Counted from the first letter of the stretch, positions 1-14,298 are shown. The stretch: DNA of 64,000 bases from Octopus vulgaris (GCA_951406725.2 OX597839.1:11966001-12030000); one strand, 5' to 3'. Notes: generated by a model from the sequence alone, not told the origin. Program-made: numbers and translations.

Positions 1-169
1 ATACACACACACACACACATATACATATATATATATACATATATATGCATATATATTTAGAAATATATGTGTGTCTATATGTTTGTGTGTGTGTCTGTGT
101 TATGTATATATGCACATAGGCACATACATGTATGTATATACACATATATGTATATATATGTCTGTGTGG

Positions 170-202
<33 letters not shown>

Positions 203-619
203 TGTATGTATGTATCTATACACACATAAACACATACACACACATATATATGCATATGTACATATAGTCTCACATACATACACACATACATGCTAAATAA
301 CATGATTTAGCCTTACCTTATTTAACATTCTTACTGCTGACAAGGCGCTGCACGCCAAATTCTTCAATCTATTTTTACTACTTGCTTTGAATAAAAGAAT
401 TTGGTGCCAAAGAATATTTGATTAGGTGTTCTGAATCAGAAGTAGCTTGACTTATAGTACGACGGTGTACGATAGATTTATAAAAGAGTGAGAGAGAAAG
501 AAGAGAGAGAGAGAGAGAGAAAGAGAAAGATAGACCAGAAGGGTTGGTAGGGAATAATATATATTGTAAAATACACGTTCATATGTACTGACATAAATAT
601 ACAAGTGTGTATGCATGTG

Positions 620-677
<58 letters not shown>

Positions 678-783
678 ATGTATGTATATATACATATATA
701 TGTATATATATGTATATATGTATATATATATGTATATATATATATGTATATATATATATTTGTGTCTGTGTATATATATTTAC

Positions 784-869
<86 letters not shown>

Positions 870-1066
870 TATATACATACATATATATATATATGTATAT
901 GCAATGGAAAGAAGGAGACAAAAGAAAATTCTTTAACACAATAGATTGATAACTAAGTACATAACTCAGTAGAATGATACACCGTTATGTTGTTAGGTAT
1001 ACAGATGAAGAGGCAGCTTCGGTGCGTGTGTGTGTTTGCGTCTGAGTGTAAGTGTGTATGTATGTA

Positions 1067-1150
<84 letters not shown>

Positions 1151-1344
1151 GATATATATACATTTTTTTGTAAGGGAGCAGGTTCATTGATTACATTGAT
1201 CCCAGTGCTCGACTGGTACTACTTATTTTATAGACACCGAAAAAATGAAAGGCGAAGTCGAACTTGGCAGAATTTGAACTTAGAACGTAAAGACGGGCGA
1301 AATGCCGCTAAAGCACTTTGCCCAGTGTGATACCAGGAAACCCC

Positions 1345-1640
1345 AAAGTGGCAGAAATTCAAAAGATAGTGCTCATAGGAACTGCCCATATCCCACGCAA
1401 AATACTTTCTATGTAATCTCAAATTTTAAAACAAACAAAAAATTTTGTTATGGTTTCTTAAACATTCTCTAGAACAACACTATGTACAAAACCAAATATA
1501 TGGCACCCTAGGCATAACACCAACATGAACTTCCAACTTGTTGTCTCTTGAGGTCTCTGGGTGAGACTTGGAGCCAACTTGTACAAATGTAGAGCAAAAG
1601 TCAAACATAAAAGAATAATAATAACAACAACAACAACAAC
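1345..1640 (+). mobile_element. 3' end of an R4/Dong-like (REL-endonuclease) LINE
   Basis: Translates as AEIQKIVLIGTAHIPRKILSM*, matching the typical C-terminus xQKxxLLGTAxILRKxL. It is followed by a 3' UTR ending in (TAA)/(CAA) repeats. Confidence 0.7.
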
Positions 1641-1659
1641 AACAACAACAATAATAATA

Positions 1660-2220
1660 ATGCAATACCAGGCAGTGGCTCTCATGGCTTTTGATCTAAA
1701 CTGATTCGAAGTGTTATCATGTACATTGTTTTGTCTTGGTATAAAAGATGGGCTACAGCAAATATTCTGCTCAATATCTCAGATTTGCTTGTCAGTTGCT
1801 TGACCTTAACCAATTGAGTATGTCCCTTAGTGGCTGACGATATGTGCATCTCTGATCACGAGCAGAAGTAGTTGAGGAGCATCATAGCCATGTGTTGAGA
1901 AGAATTCTTTGGGGTTCGAATAATTCACCTTTGGAAACATGGGTGTTTCGTTCATCTTCCTTAAACAAACCTTATTCAAGGACCTTTTGAGCAGGATGTG
2001 CTACTCAACCTGAAGAAAATTCTAACTGGGCTCCACCTGCAAGATCATGCGCTGTTTATCTTGATATAAGATCACCATATCGTGCGCATATGGTTGTGAT
2101 GCATGCGTCCGGTGTACTCTTATCAGACGGGTAGTCATGATGGGTATACTGGGCTTCGTATATTTTACTCCAGTGTCAATTTGAAGGCATGCACTGCTCT
2201 CTTACTCACTCACTCACTCA
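1660..2220 (+). mobile_element. ~550-bp non-coding interspersed repeat flanked by (TAA)n, copy 1
   Basis: Reverse complement of the copies at 9321-9822 and 29568-30041 (shared CATCATGACTACCCGTCTGATAAG and GCCACTAAGGGACAT). TAA arrays lie on both sides. Confidence 0.85.
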
Positions 2221-2237
2221 TAATAATAATAATAATA

Positions 2238-2284
<47 letters not shown>

Positions 2285-2449
2285 CTTTTCTATTATAGGC
2301 ACAAGACCTGAAATTGTCGGGTAGGGGGATTAGTCGATTATATCGACCCCAGTCAAAAAGGATGAAAGGGAATTTTGACCTCGGTGAAATTTGAACGTAG
2401 AGACGGGTGAAATACCGCTAAGCATTTCGTCCAGTGTGCTAACGATCTG

Positions 2450-2970
2450 TGAATACAAAGGACGATATGACAATGTGGTAAGAATGATCCATTGGGAGTT
2501 CTGTGGACATTAGGCATAGAAAGATGAAAGACGTGGTTTGACCAAATCCCAGAGGGAGTTATTGAAAATGAAGATTGCAAAATCCTGTGGGATGTAATGA
2601 TTCCGTGTTACCATCAGATAAAACATTGGAAACCTGATATTGTTGGGTTAAATAGAAAAGAGAAAGTATATCTGATAATCGACGTAGCATGTCCTGGTGA
2701 CAACAGGATCGAATAGAAAGGAGAAGAGTGAACAACTATGATAAATTGAAGCGGGAAATACGCAGGTTGTGGGCAATGAAGAGAGTGAACGTGGTACCAA
2801 TGGTGATTGGTGCACTTGGAAGTATCAGCACTCAACTATCAACGTGGCTCAAAAAGATTGGTACAAATGTAATGATAGGACACCTACAAAAATCAGCATT
2901 GCTTGGAACTGCAAGAGATCTCCGCAGGGTTCTTGAAGCATGATCAGTAAACAAGTGTCACCTTAGTCTG
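2450..2970 (+). pseudogene. R4/Dong-like LINE C-terminal restriction-like endonuclease fragment (degenerate)
   Basis: Reads KILWDV..KPDIV..YLIIDVACPGD..YDKLKREIRRLWAMKRVNVVPMVIGALG..LQKSALLGTARDLRRVL, with stops and frameshifts. Includes ORF 2728-2943. Confidence 0.88.
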
Positions 2971-3517
2971 CAAGAAGAGAGAGGATGAGGCTAATAAACT
3001 GTCCACAGTCTGTCTACCCTATGTGAAAGGTCTCTCCAGAAAGATACAAAAGATATGCGGCCCATATGACATCAAGACAGTATTCAAGAGTAATACAACA
3101 CTTCGCAAATATCTCCTTCCAGTAAAACCACCAATAGAAGAGAAAATGACCAAAGACTGCGTGTACTCCATCCCATGCAGCTGTGGTTGGTTATACAAAG
3201 GCGAAACATGCCGCCCTCTCAAAATAAGGGTAGACGAACATCGCAAAGCTGTGACATGAGGAGATATTGATAAATCAGGTATAGCTAATCATGTAAGGAA
3301 AAATGGAGACCACCTTCCCCTGTGGGATGAAGTTAAAATAAGAGACAGAGAACACCACTGGAAAATACGAAAGCTAAATGAAACAGCACATATGCTAGGA
3401 CACAACAACCTCCTAAGCAGACCGAGTGCAGATATGAACAGCATATGAGAACCGGTATTAAGGAAGGATAGGAGAATATTAGATACATAAGCCCTAAAAT
3501 TCACACCATAACTGCTC

Positions 3518-3590
3518 GTGGGCATATGGCATAGTGGTTAAGCGCGCGGGCTACTAACCCCAAGATTCCGAGTTCGATTCTAAGCAGTGA
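3518..3590 (+). other. tRNA-like (Pol III A/B box) head inside the PLE 3' region
   Basis: A-box TGGCATAGTGG and B-box GAGTTCGATTC at tRNA-like spacing. Confidence 0.7.
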
Positions 3591-3660
3591 GCTGAACAAT
3601 AATAATAATAATAATAACATCGAAAAATACCTTAGGAATGAGATTCGAAATTTCCCCGAG

Positions 3661-3705
3661 TTACCTGAAGAAGGTTGGAGAGTATATCAGCCGAAACGTT
3701 GTGTT
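3661..3705 (+). ncRNA. Minimal type I hammerhead ribozyme motif (weak stem I)
   Basis: CTGAAGA-A-GGTTG...CAGCC-GAAA-CG-TT-GTGTT. Confidence 0.7.
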
Positions 3706-4318
3706 AACAACAAACAAGATGAGGACAAATATCCGTCAAACGTAAATAATGTAAATAATTCTTCATCTCTTAAATATAGAACAGTAAATTTTCCCTATTT
3801 CTATCTGTCTTTCTTCCCCTTTTTCTCAATCAAATGACTTTTGTAAATGAACAATCTGGTCTGCTTATTTTAATAGCCTACGAATGTATACAGTGCGTTT
3901 CTTTGCCCTAGGTCTCAGGAAGACACTCAGCAAGAAATGGAATCAGAATTGAAAGAAGATAATAATAAAAACAAACAATAATGTAGAGAGCCGAAAAATA
4001 CTGCAATGATTGTTTTCATCACGTTTTAACTATTTTGCTGATTCATCAGGATTAATGTTACCCACATGAACACAAGACCTAGCAAGACCAAGTTTGAGAA
4101 GAGGTACGGTTATTCCGTTCGGTCGATCCTAGTGTCTGATTGGTATTATAACTTATTGATTCGGAATCTGAACTCAAACCGTAAAGAGCAGCAAATATAT
4201 ACTGCCAGCCATTTTGTCCAACGCTCTACTGATTCTACTACTAACTGCAAAATACTGTATGCAGACACACACGCATGCGCGCGCATACACGCGAATACAC
4301 ACACATATACATATAAGC

Positions 4319-4381
<63 letters not shown>

Positions 4382-4571
4382 TAAAAATAGCTATATATGT
4401 ATATAAGTGTGTGTGTGTGTGTACATGCATACATGCAGGCGTACATGTATGTATCTACGTGTGTATGTATATCTGGTGTGCTGACAATTCTAATCCATAA
4501 ACGCATTCACAGTTCAACAGGCACACAACACACACACACACACACAAACCACACAAATACAAGCGCACGCA

Positions 4572-4622
<51 letters not shown>

Positions 4623-5051
4623 AAGCACATACATAAAAAGACAACACACACATACCGACACAAATTCGCCACAGGAAACAGAAAAGCGAAAGATATATAA
4701 AGAAACAAAGTTTTTTAAGGTTACTTAATGAACAATCGTTGCTACACAATCTCTACACGTTGTGATATTAGGTTAATGTTCAGCTTGAGGGGTGAAAGCA
4801 AGATTTTCTCTCATCAAATTACACCCAAACAAGAGAGTTCTTCCTTTATTTCATGTTGGAAGCCATATTGTTGAAGTTGTTACTGTTGTTGTAGTTGTTG
4901 TTGATGCTGAAGTTGTTGCAACTTTTTGTTGTTTTATACTTAGGATTGTTTTTTTCTAAATTTGTGTTCGTTCTTTGGAAAAGAATATATGCATGCATGT
5001 ATGTATGTATGCATGTATGTATGCATGTATGTATGTATGCATGTGTATGTA

Positions 5052-5105
<54 letters not shown>

Positions 5106-5307
5106 TATACATACACACACAGAGACTATATTCTGCACGTGCACATTTATGTGCAAAGTTTGTAGGTATACGTATGTATATGTATGTATATACACATACA
5201 CACACACACACATAAATATACATACATATATATATACATATATGTATATACATACATACATATATATATACACACACACACATATTTGTATATATATGTA
5301 TATGTAC

Positions 5308-5371
<64 letters not shown>

Positions 5372-6203
5372 TTATATATATATATGCTTACACACATGTC
5401 TATACACGCACTCTCGCACGCAATTGCTTACACCACTGTGTATATATCCTGGATTCGAAACCAATTTGACAAGTGCCAATGCACGAAACTCCCGGCCCTT
5501 GGGTCACTCTGTAACGGTCTGCCGATTGTTAATAGGAATATACACACGCACGCACACAAACACATTCATGTATGTTAAACTATAATACAAAAACATTCTG
5601 TGTGGAAACGTATTTTTGTAATGTTATTTTCATATATATAAATACGTAAGAATAAATTCATTTTCCCCGTTTTTAAAATGTTCTAATATTAATTACACGA
5701 AAATATATATGCATATAAACATTTTAATCATTTTCAACCGTTTCTCAGTAAATGTATGTATGTATAATATATGTACAATAAATTGTACGTTTCTGAAAAT
5801 TATGCTATAATCGATGGCTGTCGCTAATGTATAATTGTCGTTGTTAGCAAATTAAGCACATTTATGAATTATGTAAAGCGCAGACTTCATAAGGTTACAT
5901 ATTATAAGCTAAGTATTATGTACATTAGTGTAGTTTATGCAGGGAGTAGCTAATGGAGGAATACATAGCCAGATAGGCAGAGCTGTAAACTGATAATTGA
6001 TGCAAACGTAGATAGATAGCCATGTAAATCCCTAGGAGGTAGATAAATAGATAGATAGATAGATAAATGGTGAGTTAGATTGGTAGATAGATAAATAGGT
6101 GGGGAGATAAATGGATAACTAGCTAGGACTGGGGAGCAGTAACTTTGTTGATATAGAGTTAGGTGTCGAGAATGTAAAGCTAGATAAACATACATCTGTA
6201 TAT

Positions 6204-6244
<41 letters not shown>

Positions 6245-6335
6245 AAAGATCTATCTATTTCTCTAGCTATAGATATATAGAATTGTATTTATGTACGTAT
6301 ATACACACACATATATAGCTATAGGTATGTATGTA

Positions 6336-6421
<86 letters not shown>

Positions 6422-6423
6422 TG

Positions 6424-6497
<74 letters not shown>

Positions 6498-6504
6498 ATA
6501 TATA

Positions 6505-6625
6505 TCACGGGGATCACGGGACCGACCAGACCATCAGATGTTGTTACACATCGCTGGTCACAATGCGTTCGCATTGTTTTAGCCTTCAAATGACGCCACC
6601 CCGCTGGCTAAGCGAGCAGGCCAAC
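6505..6625 (-). mobile_element. SINE family C 3' fragment
   Basis: Reverse complement of the 3' part of 35008-35303 (GCCAGCGGGGTGGCGTC..CATTGTGACCAGCGATGTG). Confidence 0.8.
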
Positions 6626-6946
6626 ATATATATATACATGTATATATATATAAATATGTATATATATACATATATATATATACACACACACACATATACA
6701 TGCATGTATATCCTGTATATATATGTATATATATGTATATATATATATATATATATATGTTTATGTATATATACACACAAATATGGATATACGTGCATGT
6801 GTGTATATATATATGTACATGCACGTATATTCATATGTGAATATATATACATTAGTGTGTGGGTGTATATGTATGTATGTGTATGTATGTATGCATGTAT
6901 GTATACTATATAGGTGTGTGTTCATATCTGTATCTATCCACAAACA

Positions 6947-6993
<47 letters not shown>

Positions 6994-7270
6994 TTATGCG
7001 TACTGAGAAATAGGGAGGATGAGAAGTAGAATGAGGGGGAGCGAAAGAGAGACGAGGTGAAAGAGAGAGAGAGAGAGAGAGATAGGGGAAGAGAAAAAGA
7101 GAGAGAAAGAGAAAGGAACAGAGAGAGAGAGAGATAACTGCATTGCTTTGGTTGACGATCAGAAAGAGCCAAGAAGAAAGACAGAAGAAAAGAGAAAGAG
7201 AGATTCTGTTGTACAGAGAGAGAGAGAGAAAGAGAGAGAGAAGGGGAGGAGAAAGAGAGGAAGAGAAAGG

Positions 7271-7315
<45 letters not shown>

Positions 7316-7836
7316 GTTGAGGAAAACAAATGGAGGAAACCATAGATATATATATTGATATTTATTAGGTTATAATACGTGACATAATATGTAATATATC
7401 ATATGATAAATATGATATACATTATCTATCTTCATGGTTGAAGAGCTCTTTGAGAAAACAGGAGAAAATCGTTTTTCAATCTGAATTAGTCACGTGGTTA
7501 AATAATAGACTTGCAGAAATGTATATTTGAAGTATATATATTTGAGAGAGAAAGAAAGAAGGGAGAGTGTGTGTGTGTGAGTGAGAGAGAGAGAGAGAGA
7601 GAAACAAAAGAAAGAGAGAGAGTGGCTGAGTGAGTGAGTGAATGAAGGGGAGGATATAGGTTAAAAGAGACGTGGTGACAAATGGCGGTATCGAAAGATA
7701 CAGAGAGGGACCGGAAGTGAGTGAGGGAGAAAAATGACTTATAGAGAGCTGAGGTGAAAAGAAGAGGAGGGGAAAAGAGATGAAGACATAAGAAACGGGA
7801 GGAAGCTATGGACACACAGACACACACACACGCGCG

Positions 7837-7886
<50 letters not shown>

Positions 7887-8010
7887 AAATAATTCAATTT
7901 ACATAGAAGATAGATTGAATCTTCTACCAGAGTGGAATTATATTTATATGTTTCTAAACATAGAGGGCGTTTTACTATTTTAAAACATACCATTCTCCCA
8001 TTATATATAT

Positions 8011-8360
8011 ATGTGGCTGTATGGTAAGAAGCTTGCTTCCAAACTACATGATCCTAGGTTCAGTCCCATTGCGTTACAAATTCGCACCGACCAAAGCCGT
8101 AAGAGTGGAGTTGCTAGATGGAAACGGAAAGAAGCCTCGTGTATATTTTTTTGTTTGCATTTTTGTGTCTGTGCTTGTCCCTCCATCACCGCTTGGCAAC
8201 CAGTGTCAGTGTGTTTATGTCCCCGTAACTTAGCGGTTCGACATGAAGAACCGATAGAATAAGTACTAGGCTTAAAAAATGCAATTCCTGGGGTCAATTT
8301 CTTCGACTAAAGCTCTCCAATGTGGTGCTCCACAATGGCCGCAGTCAGATGACATAAAAG
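8011..8360 (+). mobile_element. tRNA-derived SINE family B (degenerate)
   Basis: GTGGCTGTATGGTAAGAAGCTTGC..GGTTCAGTCCC head. The body is shared with the copies at 26293, 26762 and 56291. Confidence 0.85.
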
Positions 8361-8361
8361 A

Positions 8362-8480
<119 letters not shown>

Positions 8481-8622
8481 AGTAGACAAATGAATTATCT
8501 TATTACGGATAATTCGAAAGATAACCGATACCTGGGTAGCAAAATTCACAACAGAAAGGGCACGGTTGAAGTTACGACCATAGGGCATAAAATCCGTGCC
8601 TTAGTGTGGAAATTTGAAGTTT

Positions 8623-8800
8623 TATATATTAAGTATAGGAAAGAATGGAGCTGAACGAAGATTTACCAAAATTCCTTTATTTTATTTTCGACATATGTTT
8701 CGAAATCTCTTTGCAGATTTCGAAACATATGTCGAAAATAAAATAAAGGAATTTTGTTAAATCTTCGTTCAGCTCCATTCTTTCTTATACTTAATATATA
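8623..8800. repeat. Near-perfect hairpin, ~86-bp arms with a 6-nt loop
   Basis: ..TTCGACATATGTTTCGAAATCT-ctttgc-AGATTTCGAAACATATGTCGAA..; the arms extend out to TATATATTAAGTATA. Confidence 0.95.
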
Positions 8801-8809
8801 TATATATAT

Positions 8810-9015
8810 AGTTAATCCAAACATGAAAACTCCAAGAGAAAACAACAACGCGAGGACGTGGAACAAATATAGTATTATTGGACGCTCAGGAAGGAAGGGA
8901 AGAGGGAGGGTTCTACGTTTCGAGCGGAGCTCTTTGTCAGAAACATAGGAAAAGGAAAGATCCAGAGAAGGGAAGACGGAGGAAAAAAAATCGCCAACAG
9001 TACACACGCGGTCAT
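8810..9015 (-). mobile_element. ~200-bp PLE pseudo-LTR-like element (family H1) with hammerhead motif at 8910-8944 (G8A mutated)
   Basis: Minus strand reads GTTT-CTGACAA-A-GAGC-TCC-GCTC-GAAA-CG-TA-GAAC. Homologous to the copies at 22759, 32700 and 47725; flanked by (TA)n. Confidence 0.85.
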
Positions 9016-9074
9016 ATATATATATATTAGAGTAGCTACCCTTTTATTCATCGGATTTTCATAGCGTCTGTTGC

Positions 9075-9142
9075 CATTAACAGCCGACGGGAATGTATCG
9101 TAGCTCTTCGCTCCGACATTCGAAACTCCGAGTACTACAATG
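9075..9142 (+). ncRNA. Degenerate hammerhead-like motif
   Basis: CATTAACAG-CCGACGG-GAATGT...ACATTC-GAAA-CTCCGAG-TA-CTACAATG. The core is mutated but the stems are recognisable. Confidence 0.5.
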
Positions 9143-9219
9143 ACAACCTTTCACTGTTTGTTCTAAATTATAACATATATCAATAATCCTCTATTTTATC
9201 TACCATCGAGGCCTCATTC

Positions 9220-9255
<36 letters not shown>

Positions 9256-9278
9256 CATTATTATTATTATTATTATTA

Positions 9279-9320
<42 letters not shown>

Positions 9321-9321
<1 letters not shown>

Positions 9322-9822
9322 GTGAGAGAGCAGTTCATGCCATCAAAGTGACACTGGGGTAAAATATACGAAGCCCAATATACCCATCATGACTACCCGT
9401 CTGATAAGGGTACACCAGGCACATGCATCATAACCATATGTGCGCGATATGGTGATCTCATATCAAGATAAACAGCACATGACCTTGCAGGTGGGGCCCA
9501 GTTAGAATTTTCTTCAGGTTGAGTAGTCCATCCCGCTCAAAAGGTCCTTGAATAAGGGTTGTTTAAGGATGTTGAAAGAACCACCCATGTTTCCAGAGGT
9601 GAATTATTCAAACCCCAAAGAATCCCTCTCAACACATGGCTATGATGCTCCCCACTACTTCTGCTCTTGGTCAGAGATGCACATATCGTCAGCCACTAAG
9701 GGACATGCTCAACTGGTTAAGGTCAAACAACTGACAAGCAAATCTGTGGTATTGAGCAGAATATTTGCTGTAGCCCATCTTTTATACCAAGACAAAACAA
9801 TGTACATGATAACACTTCCATA
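9321..9822 (-). mobile_element. (TAA)n-associated ~550-bp repeat, copy 2
   Basis: Homologous to 1660-2220 and abuts the long (TTA)n array at 9222-9320. Confidence 0.85.
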
Positions 9823-9827
9823 TATAA

Positions 9828-9912
<85 letters not shown>

Positions 9913-10140
9913 CCAAAGAACGGAACAAGAACGTAGCGGATGACAAAAAAGAAACATACGGACAGATGGACGATATAAAGACGGACAGGAAAACTAGGAA
10001 GGAACACAGCTTCGGCCTGTTACACTTGAGACTGTTCAAAATCGGTAGGCCCCCAAGATCGAAGCATATAACGGCGTACGTACACCTGTTGCTCAGCTTG
10101 TAAGTATATATATATATATGCATGTATGTATGTATGTATG

Positions 10141-10174
<34 letters not shown>

Positions 10175-10500
10175 TGTATGTATGTATGTATGTATGTATG
10201 TATGTATGTATGTATATAAATAAATCTTTAGGTAAATATATCCAATAAGAATATTATATACTGAATTTATATTGAGTACTTCATTGTATAAAAATATTAA
10301 TACTATTAAAGTATTTATATATTTAATACGAGCGATATATACATATATTTTTAAATAATATATTATTATTATTAATATAAGGAAATCAATATTGAACTCA
10401 ACATAAAGATGTACTCGTGTGAAAGACCTTGTATTAAAAATATATAAAAATAAATAAATAAATATTTGGTAGTTTCAAAGTTTTGAATTGATTTTTTGAG

Positions 10501-10592
10501 CATCTTACGATCGTTTCGCAGAAGAATTGTCCCTATAATGAAATCCTATATTGATAAGCATTTATAGACAACCCTCCTGCTCTTCAGATATA
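10501..10592 (-). ncRNA. Type I hammerhead ribozyme motif with extended stem II
   Basis: CTGAAGA-GCAGGAGGGTTGTC...GACAATTCTTCTGC-GAAA-CGATCG-TA-AGATG. Stem II is 14 contiguous bp with three G-U pairs, and stem III is palindromic. Confidence 0.8.
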
Positions 10593-10836
10593 TTAGATAT
10601 AAATATTGTATAATATATATCGAATGATAGTTTTTAAAAAATTGTAAAATGGTGTTTGTTTGAAATGTAAAATAAAAATCAAAAATTACTACTTTTGATG
10701 AGAGTCTTTTTAAATCCATATATATTTCCTTGGTTATTCTACTGCGATAATTCATAATATTCAGATTCAAAATCCGTCATATTATCTTGCATTCCAGTAT
10801 AGTTCATATAGTTAGTATAGTTGAACTATATGAACT

Positions 10837-11242
<406 letters not shown>

Positions 11243-11519
11243 ACTGGAATGCAAGATATGACGGATTTCACTGTTGTTTCGATACCGTGCCATATAGTGT
11301 ATAGGGATATATGCATATGCCTACATTGTGTCCTTGAGCAAGACACTTTATTTCATGTTGCTCCAGTTCATTCAATTGGCAAAAACGATTTGTACCTGTA
11401 ATTCAAAGGTCCAGCCTTGTCACATTATATATACGTACACACATATATGCATGTATACATGTTGTTGTTGGCATCCTTTTTGTCTCGGGAGACAATGGAG
11501 TTGCGCATAAAATAGTCCA

Positions 11520-11665
11520 GTCGGGCTTTTACCTTTCATCCTTTCGGGGTCGATTAAATAAGTACCAGTTACGCACTGAGGTCGATGTAATCGACTTAAT
11601 CCGTTTGTCTGTCCTTGTTTGTCCCCTCTGCGTTTAGCCCCTTGTGGGTAGTAAAGAAATAGGTA
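11520..11665 (+). mobile_element. SINE family A 3' half
   Basis: CTTTCATCCTTTCGGGGTCGAT..AGTACCAG..CCCCTTGTGGGTAGTAAAGAAATAGG. Confidence 0.85.
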
Positions 11666-11869
11666 AGAGTATCTATCCGTATGAGCATTATTTTGTGGGC
11701 GCGCGCGTATGTATGTGTGTATGTATGTGAGCGTATGTGTGTGTATATGTTTATGTTCGTGAGTTTCAGTTTGGCGTTTGTGATGATGTTTATGAAGAGA
11801 GCGATGACAAAGGCGATGATGATGATGATGTTGTTGAGGATGTGCATGATGTAGATGATGATTGTGGTA

Positions 11870-11904
<35 letters not shown>

Positions 11905-12008
11905 GATGATATTGTGAACAACGACAATGATGATGATGACGACGACGATGATGATGATAATGGATGTGATGAGAACGATGATGTCGATGTTAATGAATAC
12001 GACTGCTA

Positions 12009-12576
12009 TAATAATGATGACGCTGACAAGGGGATTATCATAAAGGAAACCCTCAACACTAACGGTGCATATCACCACCACAGCCACAACCACCACCACC
12101 ACCACCACCACCACCATTACCACTATCACTTCCACCATCGCCACCGGCACTACTATCACCAATACAAATATCACCAGCCACCACCACTGCTACCACAACC
12201 AACACCAATACAAATGTCACTACCATCACCACCACCACTACCAACACCACCAATACTACCACCATTACTACTGTCACTACAAACGCTGCCACCACTTGTA
12301 CGATCACCACCGCCACCAACACTACCACCACAACCAACTCCACCACCACTATCAGCTCTTTGTCCTTCATCACGATCATACCATCGTTGTCATCCGCCCA
12401 TCAAAAACAATGCCCTCTACCATTACAACCAATTACGTCAAACGACCTCATTACTACAACCATTAAGACTGCTACCATTTCACCCCCCTCCCTTTCATCA
12501 CCATTATTGCTACCTACCATCTGCCACTTATCCCGGTTACCCTACCACTGCCACCGGTGACCTCCACAAACACGAC
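12009..12576 (+). repeat. ~570-bp low-complexity (CAC-rich) segment, copy 1 of a local duplication
   Basis: Nearly identical to 14420-14999. Confidence 0.95.
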
Positions 12577-13064
12577 CCCTTCTATCAAATATTCCTATTA
12601 CCACCACCACCACCACCACCACCACCACCACCACCACCACCACCACCACCACCACCATCACCACCACCAACGACAACACCATTACTGCTATTGCTACTAA
12701 CACGTCTTCTACCACTATTACCCTCACCACCCCGCTGCCAACACTCCAATCATCATCCCGATCACCCCCTAGCACTTCGACACACCACCACCACCACCAC
12801 CACCACCACCACCACCACCGCCACCACACATAAATACCAACCCTACCATCCCAACGATTCACAAAATTTCCTATGATTATCACCACCACAACCACCGCCA
12901 TCTCCACCACCACCACCACCACCACCACCGCCGCTGCCGCCGCCGCCACTATCACCCCAACTACATACAACAGTGATTACAAGAATATAAATATATCCAC
13001 AATTTATATTTACATAGACATAAATATATATATATACATACATATATATATATATGTATATATA

Positions 13065-13120
<56 letters not shown>

Positions 13121-13611
13121 ACATATATACAGACACCCTCCCATATATAAATATATATATATATAACTACTAAGATAAGTGTACTTCTCATCCATCCAAC
13201 TAAGTAAGCCGTGCAATTATAAAAATCACCTTAACCACCCCCCTGATATTTGTGCCGAAATCACAATAAAATCTCGATTTGTAATAATTCCTTCGGTTTA
13301 TTACGACATTACTTCCGGCAATATCCCGCAGTGCAGTATTCAATCAAAAAGAGGAAATGTGATAGTTAAATTATTCGGGAATATCACAACGACGATATTT
13401 ACGGTCGCATTTATGTAATATCGCTGATGCGATATTATATAATATGTTGATTGGTAGTATATTTTCGCTTTCCTCCGTTTCGTCTATTTTCTTTATATTA
13501 CTTTCTGCTCTCATAATAGGAAAATATATATTTTATAATGATTTAGATTGGATTTTCTTTCTTAGAACTGGCGCCAAAGATATACATATATGCATACACA
13601 AACACACATAT

Positions 13612-13672
<61 letters not shown>

Positions 13673-13721
13673 GAAACATTATTATATATATAAATATATA
13701 TATAATCTGTATATATGAAAC

Positions 13722-13760
<39 letters not shown>

Positions 13761-13764
13761 CTAT

Positions 13765-13811
<47 letters not shown>

Positions 13812-13864
13812 CTGTGTATGTATATATATATATATAATCTGTGTATATATATATATAATCTGTG

Positions 13865-13902
<38 letters not shown>

Positions 13903-14015
13903 TGGAACATTAATATATTATATATATATATAATATACATATATATATATATATTTATATACTTATCTACAGCCAAATACGCACGTATGCACACACGCAC
14001 ACGCGCGCGCGTGTA

Positions 14016-14298
14016 CGGGCATACTTCAACTTACGTCGATATTAACTTTACGTGCCTTTGTTTTTGTTTTTTTTGGTTATGTTTAAACATTTAAAAGCAT
14101 AAAAAGTTTTTAAAATACACCAAAAAATCTCAACATTTAAGTTGAAAATCAAATATTAATACATGTGGATATATGTACAAACCATTTATTACAACTGATA
14201 TAAGCTAATAAAGTTTTTAAAATGTTTCGTTTTAAGTCGTTTTTCGAGTTCAGTCGTATGTCTTGGAAAGAATTACCAACGTAAGTCGAGGTTTGATT
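14016..14298. mobile_element. Degenerate Tigger/pogo-like MITE
   Basis: Imperfect TIRs TA|CGGGCATACTTCAACTTACG and CGTAAGTCGAGGTTTGAT|TA. Confidence 0.4.

Larger units (their letters stand above)
2975..3790 (+). mobile_element. 5'-truncated Penelope-like element: GIY-YIG endonuclease remnant plus 3' terminal region
   Basis: Reads LPYVKGLSRKIQKI..VYSIPCSCGWLYKGETCRPLKIRVDEH..KSGIANHV..PLWDEVKI..EHHWKIRKLNE, with internal stops. A hammerhead motif follows at 3661-3705. Confidence 0.9.

Noticed and set aside
4000-4060. Minus-strand CTGATGA..ATCA/TGAT..GAAA possible hammerhead
   Set aside because: No credible stem III/UH site or stem I.
11737-12876. 379-aa Asp/His/Pro-rich ORF
   Set aside because: It is a concatenation of (GAT)n and (CAC)n repeats, with no domain and open overlapping frames.
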